A DNA stretch of 64,000 nucleotides, taken from the NCBI GenBank assembly GCA_002238785.1, contig MPNA01000009.1, positions 8,189 through 72,188 on the forward strand, in the 5' to 3' direction. Position numbers and translations under genes: made by a program. The DNA comes from a bacterium OM1 bin76. GTDB lineage: Bacteria > Actinomycetota > Acidimicrobiia > Spongiisociales > ZC4RG35. Below, one piece after another: positions 60,501 through 64,000 of this stretch. The notes beneath the pieces were generated by a model. It ran no database searches and had not been told where the DNA came from. It was given only the letters and a program-made list of their open reading frames with translations. Positions within the stretch are counted from its first letter, which is position 1; each line of letters starts with the position of its first letter.

Positions 60501-60732
60501 TTCCGATGGCGCACATATAGAGCGGCATGTCCCGGCCCTGCCCTTGAGCCGAGACGCTTCTCAACTCAAGGCGCTCCAGCGGTCCCTTGCTGTCTACCGA
60601 ATGGTCTTCGGGCAGCCGAGGCAGGACGATCTGACCACGTTTCTGCTTGAGCAGTGCGACCCTGGGACCTTGAGGGACATAGAACCCTTGTTGCGCATCG
60701 ATCTGTGGCCCCGGCCATTGGAACACATGTAG
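57499..60732 (+). CDS. SNF2/RapA-like SF2 helicase with a split ATPase core (about 600-aa insertion between lobes)
   Basis: Motif I LVADEVGLGKT, motif II LILDEFQRF, motif III LLLSATPY near the N-terminus. Motifs V/VI (FILASTSVGQEGLDF, QREGRVDRYKG) near the C-terminus. A GTG at 57499 overlaps the upstream TGA (GTGA) with ggag 5 nt upstream. Alternative ATG at 57463. Confidence 0.7.
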   Translation: MITPRVGERPDTNAVLNGLKGFQRDTVEYAFERLYQAPDSTRRFLVADEVGLGKTLVARGVIAKALDHLWDGPRRVEQIDIVYICSNAQIARQNVRRLQIGRGKFVRAARLGLLPQEIHGLRENRVNYLALTPGTSFNLRSSMGTKEERVLLYHLLQRVWPDSRKGPMNLLQGTVKRTDNFRWHLKEFRRWKSVDNDLARVFERRLIEEGEGLRGQYEDLCKRFWRSRKRVPWHDRRRQISFIGRLRTMLAEVCVTALEPDLVILDEFQRFKQLLDGGDTTALLAKRLFTYSDETTDVRLLLLSATPYKMYTLHHESAEDDHYADFLRTVEFLDPDLKKSGTLRGLLDDYRQAMYRIKSGTEELQRIKEEIETQLRRIMSRTERLRVSGDAQGMLREVPNSGLQLTPDDVRDFLALQEIGYAVGQPRVLEYWKSAPYLLSFMDNYKLKSEVLARLDKPVDGGLTNLLSESGRVFLSWEDVEAYARLDPANARLRSLLIWLERGEGWKLLWLPASLPYYRESGAWKAAREQQLSKRLIFSTWGVVPKAIASMVSYDVERRIFRRFDNSVLNSPEERKKRRPLLRFAYANERLTGMPVLGILYPSPSLVSLGDPVPVPQDGATLEDAIARARARLEPPLGRITAPYLDKLRQDESWYWAAPILLDLERHGESTREWFARRDLAHRWSGAKKEDDDEGSRWVEHVREARRFVDTAYSGQTELGRPPADLLDVLATRSVAGPATTALRALIRASGPEASVTCAARDAAAWIAWSFRALFNLPEATALIRGERPGDETPYWRQVVDYCAAGNLQAVLDEWVHTLRDLEGLFAATEGEAWERLALVMSGAISLRTGAPRVDEIQSGDGSARIESRRLRNHFAMRFGAQEGDDGKAGAREGQVRQAFNSPFWPFILASTSVGQEGLDFHAYCHSVMHWNLPSNPVDLEQREGRVDRYKGHAVRKNIAAKYGGDILCGKSEDVWSALFEAAREQSSSGRGLVPYWLFPLSDGAHIERHVPALPLSRDASQLKALQRSLAVYRMVFGQPRQDDLTTFLLEQCDPGTLRDIEPLLRIDLWPRPLEHM

Positions 60733-60843
60733 GGCTGCGCCTTTGACCCCGGGACGCTATGAGAGTCCGCTTGGAAGATGTTCCTTGTTAGGGAATTCGG
60801 ACCCGCGCCAGCGTAGCGAAAGATCTGAAGGAAGAGGAAAGTG

Positions 60844-60877
60844 GTTGGGTTGGTCGGCTAGCGCCAACCAACCCAAC
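60844..60877. terminator. Bidirectional terminator hairpin (15-bp stem with 1 mismatch, loop tagc) followed by a T-rich run
   Basis: gttgggttggtcggc-tagc-gccaaccaacccaac. Lies between the convergent helicase (+) and SBP (-) genes. Confidence 0.55.
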
Positions 60878-60890
60878 TTAGTTTGAGTAT

Positions 60891-61823
60891 TTAGCCTCGG
60901 GCGGTTGCGAGCCAACTGTCGACTTTGTCGCGGTTGGCCGCTATCCACGCCGCGGCGTCAGCCTTGATGTCGTCCTCGGTGTAGTCCCCGGAGGCCATCT
61001 TGGAGTTTTGAGCCGCGATGTCGCTTAGGGGGATTGCCACCACCTCGAGGAGACGGTGTATGTCGGGATTGTCATCCAGGAAGTCGGTGTTGGCCACCGC
61101 TCGGATGTCGTTCACGGTGGACTGCAGCCATACGGCGTTGTCGCCCGCCACCAGGACGGTGTTCGTCCAGTTGGGCGTCCATGCGTAGAACAGTGCCGAT
61201 TCACCGGCCGCTACTCTCTCCACCACTCCTTGGGCCAACTCGTTGTAGACACCGGAGATCTGTTCGACTCCTGAGCCCCAACTCTCGTCGGCGATCTGGT
61301 CGTTGATGGCGGTTTCGCATCCCCATCCGACGTTGCAGCCGAACAGGTCAGCTTTGCCGTCACCGTCGTGGTCGAAGGCGCCAGCGTTGGCTGCCACCCC
61401 GTCCATGGAGGTGATTCCCAGGCCGTCGGCCGTGGCCTTGTCGATCATCAGGCCGTCGGTGGCCCCATCATCCACCTGCCAGCCGACAGGTTCGATGGGG
61501 AGATCAACCGCTTGGCCGGTGACGTTCTCTCCTTCCAGGTAGATGTCGTGGAGGGGGAACCAGCCGTTTGCCCACAGGTCGTACTGGCGGGCGGCCAGAG
61601 CCGGATAGAACGAATAGGGGCTGAGGGTGGCTGCGGCAGGGTCGGTGACCTCGTGCCCCAACTCCTCGATCAGCGCCGCGTATATGGCGGCCTGCATGTA
61701 GCCAGAGTCCCAGTTGGCCCGAGCGATCTTCACCGGCCCGGCAACCTCTTCGGTGGCGCAAGCCGAAAGCATCAGCACGAAAGCCGCAGCAGCGGCGACC
61801 AATACGTTCAATCTAGTTTTCAC
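60891..61823 (-). CDS. Glycine betaine/choline-type ABC substrate-binding lipoprotein (OpuAC/ProX family)
   Basis: Lipoprotein signal (VLMLSACATE), OpuAC-like motifs (ARANWDSGYMQAAIY). GTG start with a strong ggaagaggagg RBS. Confidence 0.7.
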   Translation of the reverse strand: MKTRLNVLVAAAAAFVLMLSACATEEVAGPVKIARANWDSGYMQAAIYAALIEELGHEVTDPAAATLSPYSFYPALAARQYDLWANGWFPLHDIYLEGENVTGQAVDLPIEPVGWQVDDGATDGLMIDKATADGLGITSMDGVAANAGAFDHDGDGKADLFGCNVGWGCETAINDQIADESWGSGVEQISGVYNELAQGVVERVAAGESALFYAWTPNWTNTVLVAGDNAVWLQSTVNDIRAVANTDFLDDNPDIHRLLEVVAIPLSDIAAQNSKMASGDYTEDDIKADAAAWIAANRDKVDSWLATARG

Positions 61824-63586
61824 TTTCCACCTCCTCTTCCCAGTTTCTCGATCAGACCGGCATGCTGGGATTGGAAGATGGCTTCGTCGTAGTGGGCCTC
61901 CAGGAGGTCGAGTTCCTCATCGAAGGCCTTCTTGAGGCTGTACAACATGATCAGGAGCACGAACAGGAACGGCAGTCCGGTGGCAACTGCGGCCGTTTGG
62001 AGCGCCGACAGGCCACCTCCCAACAGCAGCACGCACGCTACCAGGCCTTCCATCAACGCCCAGAACACCCGCTGGGGCTTGGGCGAGTCGAGTTTTCCTC
62101 CTGAGGTGAGGTGGTCCACCACCAAGGATCCTGAGTCCGACGAGGTTACGAAGAACGAAACCAACAGCAGAATGCCGACTATTGAGACGAAGAAGGTCCA
62201 TGGGAAGGCCTCCAACATCACGAACAGAGCGGTGGCAACGTTTTCGTTGACCGCGGTGGCAACGTCCAGTTCGCCACGCATCTGCAGGTCCATGGCGGCT
62301 CCGCCGAACACTGCGAACCACAGGAAGCAGAGGAGGCAGGGGAGGACGATCACACCGATGATCATTTCCCGCACCGAGCGTCCCTTGGAGATCCGGGCGA
62401 TAAACATGCCCACGAAGGGAGACCAGGATATCCACCATCCCCAATAGAAGATGGTCCACCACTGTTGCCATTGGGTCTCGATCAAAGCGGCGTTCCAGAA
62501 CGAGAACTCCGGCAAGATCTGGATGTACACGCCGATGCTTTCGACGTACAGCGAGAGCACCAACAACGTGGGTCCCACCGCTAGCACAAAGACCAAGAAG
62601 GCCGCGGCCAGCCACACGTTGAGTTGGCTAAGCCGCTTGACGCCGGCGTCGAGTCCTGCCACAACCGAGATGGTTGCCAGCCCGGTGATGAAAGCGATAA
62701 GGACAATCTGAAACCCGGTGCCCGACGGGAGACCGAAGAGTTTGTTCAACCCCGCGGCCGCCTGACCGGCGCCGAATCCCAGCGAGGTGGCAAGACCGAA
62801 GAGGGTAGCCACAACGGTGAGGATGTCGATCGCGTTGCCCCACGCACCGTAGATCCTCGGACCCAAAATCGGGTAGAAGACCGAGCGGAACGTCAGCGGA
62901 AGGCCTCTGTTATAGGCAAAGAACCCTAACGCCAGGGCCACCAGTCCGTATAGCGCCCATCCATGAATCCCCCAATGAAGGTAGGAAGTCGCCAGAGCGC
63001 CTCGGGCCGCGCCCGCTGTCAAGGGTTCTACCTCGAACAAGGGAGGCGGGGCGGTCAGGTGGAAGATTGGCTCTGCCACACCCCAGAACATCAGCCCGAT
63101 ACCGAGACCGGCGGATATCAACATCGCATACCAGGCACCCGTGGAAAACTCCGGAAGGGCCCCTGGGCCGCCTAGTCGAATCTTGCCGTACCTTCCTAAC
63201 GCAAAGTAGAGCGCCGCGCCGATAAAGACGTTGAAGGAGATGATGTACAGCCAGCCCACCTTCTCATTAATGAAGTTGAGAATGGTGCCGAAGACATCGC
63301 TGGCCGACTCCGGAAAGAACAGAGTCCAAACGATGAACAGCAACAGGAAACCGGCGGCGACGAACGTCACCTGTGGATGGATGTCGAATCCCCACTTGAC
63401 AATGTTCTTGTCACCGGGTTCACGGTCGGCCACTTCGGGATAAAAGTCGATCTCAGGATCGATTTGGAGACCTTCGAACTGGGGACGATTACGGATCGCC
63501 TCCTCACGAGCTCGTTCCTCGTGCTCTTCCCAGTCCTCGTAGGCCTCAGAAATCCGAGTGAGATCGAGTTCTTCTTTCTCAGCCAT
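61820..63586 (-). CDS. BCCT-family betaine/carnitine/choline transporter
   Basis: BCCT signature region (WGWWISWSPFVGMFIARISKGRSVREMI), 12 TM helices. aaaggag RBS before the ATG at 63586. Confidence 0.85.
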   Translation of the reverse strand: MAEKEELDLTRISEAYEDWEEHEERAREEAIRNRPQFEGLQIDPEIDFYPEVADREPGDKNIVKWGFDIHPQVTFVAAGFLLLFIVWTLFFPESASDVFGTILNFINEKVGWLYIISFNVFIGAALYFALGRYGKIRLGGPGALPEFSTGAWYAMLISAGLGIGLMFWGVAEPIFHLTAPPPLFEVEPLTAGAARGALATSYLHWGIHGWALYGLVALALGFFAYNRGLPLTFRSVFYPILGPRIYGAWGNAIDILTVVATLFGLATSLGFGAGQAAAGLNKLFGLPSGTGFQIVLIAFITGLATISVVAGLDAGVKRLSQLNVWLAAAFLVFVLAVGPTLLVLSLYVESIGVYIQILPEFSFWNAALIETQWQQWWTIFYWGWWISWSPFVGMFIARISKGRSVREMIIGVIVLPCLLCFLWFAVFGGAAMDLQMRGELDVATAVNENVATALFVMLEAFPWTFFVSIVGILLLVSFFVTSSDSGSLVVDHLTSGGKLDSPKPQRVFWALMEGLVACVLLLGGGLSALQTAAVATGLPFLFVLLIMLYSLKKAFDEELDLLEAHYDEAIFQSQHAGLIEKLGRGGGK

Positions 63587-63817
63587 ACGAACTCCTTTCT
63601 GTACGCAGATCAACCATGTGCATCTCCTTTCGCTTACCTACACTCGTCTCCCGCACCTAGGCGCGGCTCTGTGTAAAGACCCTAGCGCAAGAATGGGGGG
63701 GTGCCGCAAAAACCGTGGAATTATCTCGCCCGGGACACACAGCAGTCACACTTTTCTGCCGGGTCGCTACACTGTTGCCACAGCCACTACCCTGTGGCTC
63801 AACCCACCGGATACCTT

Positions 63818-64000
63818 CCATGCGCAGAACCGCCATCGCTGTCTTGGGAATCCTGGCAGTGCTATTGCTCTCCCCAATAGGTGCTGGGATAGCCGTGGGC
63901 CAGTCTGACGAGGAGGCAGCCGAGAACCCGCCGGTCCGGATGGCCCGCGCAACCTGGGACACCGGTTGGTTCCAAGCCGAGGTCTACAGGTTGCTCGTCC
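63818..64000 (+). CDS. Glycine betaine-type substrate-binding protein, N-terminal part (continues past the window end)
   Basis: Signal peptide MRRTAIAVLGILAVLLLSP, then ARATWDTGWFQAEVY, paralogous to the N-terminus of the SBP at 60891-61823. Confidence 0.6.

Noticed and set aside
54373-60732. Calling the PLD + helicase trio a DISARM system
   Set aside because: No DUF1998 (DrmB) or methyltransferase gene is present, and the helicase is SNF2/RapA-like with a split core, not DrmA-like. The similarity is limited to the generic helicase plus PLD theme.
1-64000. tRNA, rRNA, CRISPR arrays, transposases, integrases
   Set aside because: I found no T-loop/anticodon-arm-like segments, no regularly spaced direct repeats with spacers, and no DDE/tyrosine-recombinase-like ORFs. 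The window is almost entirely protein-coding. An Infernal/tRNAscan run would be needed to exclude small RNAs formally.

Overview
High-GC window (by eye about 65-70% GC), almost certainly actinobacterial; the NucS/EndoMS endonuclease is the main phylogenetic clue. It is densely coding with no rRNA, tRNA, CRISPR array, transposase or integrase that I could recognise. Three themes dominate.

(1) A large quaternary-amine (carnitine / glycine betaine) catabolic and transport island at 1-20.9 kb. It holds a cobalamin-dependent MttB-superfamily methyltransferase operon (corrinoid protein, methyl-THF:corrinoid methyltransferase, RACo-type reductive activase, MttB homolog, MetF) and a divergent DAO-family flavoenzyme. 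Next comes an IclR-regulated carnitine module (BKACE cleavage enzyme, carnitine dehydrogenase fused to a hotdog thioesterase, acyl-CoA dehydrogenase, ADP-forming acyl-CoA synthetase). An OpuA-type ABC importer with a fused double permease and a homocysteine S-methyltransferase (BHMT-like) follow. More betaine-binding proteins and a BCCT transporter lie at 60.9-64 kb.

(2) Housekeeping and DNA-repair genes: dinG with an N-terminal exonuclease, nucS, an AlkZ/YcaQ-like glycosylase, metY, purA, purB, a two-component system, an inositol-like sugar ABC transporter with oxidoreductase/isomerase genes, and a thiamine ABC transporter behind a clear TPP riboswitch.

(3) Two compositionally atypical putative defense insertions. 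One is a 2-kb cassette encoding an ABC-type AAA ATPase plus a small TOPRIM-like protein (a split OLD/PARIS/AbiL-like pair). It sits between about 210-bp direct repeats made from the 3' end of an hsp20 gene. The other is a translationally coupled three-gene operon (412-aa unknown protein, dual-HKD phospholipase-D-family nuclease, about 1090-aa SNF2/RapA-like helicase with a split ATPase core) wedged between purB and betaine transporter genes. I could not assign it to a described system from sequence alone, and it is the best candidate for something new.

Other oddities: a bizarre C12-GC-G13 homopolymer/palindromic tract that frameshifts the thiamine permease; a perfect AT-rich palindrome in the divergent promoter of the methyltransferase operon; an AT-rich inverted-repeat region upstream of hsp20; and a remnant amidase C-terminal fragment.
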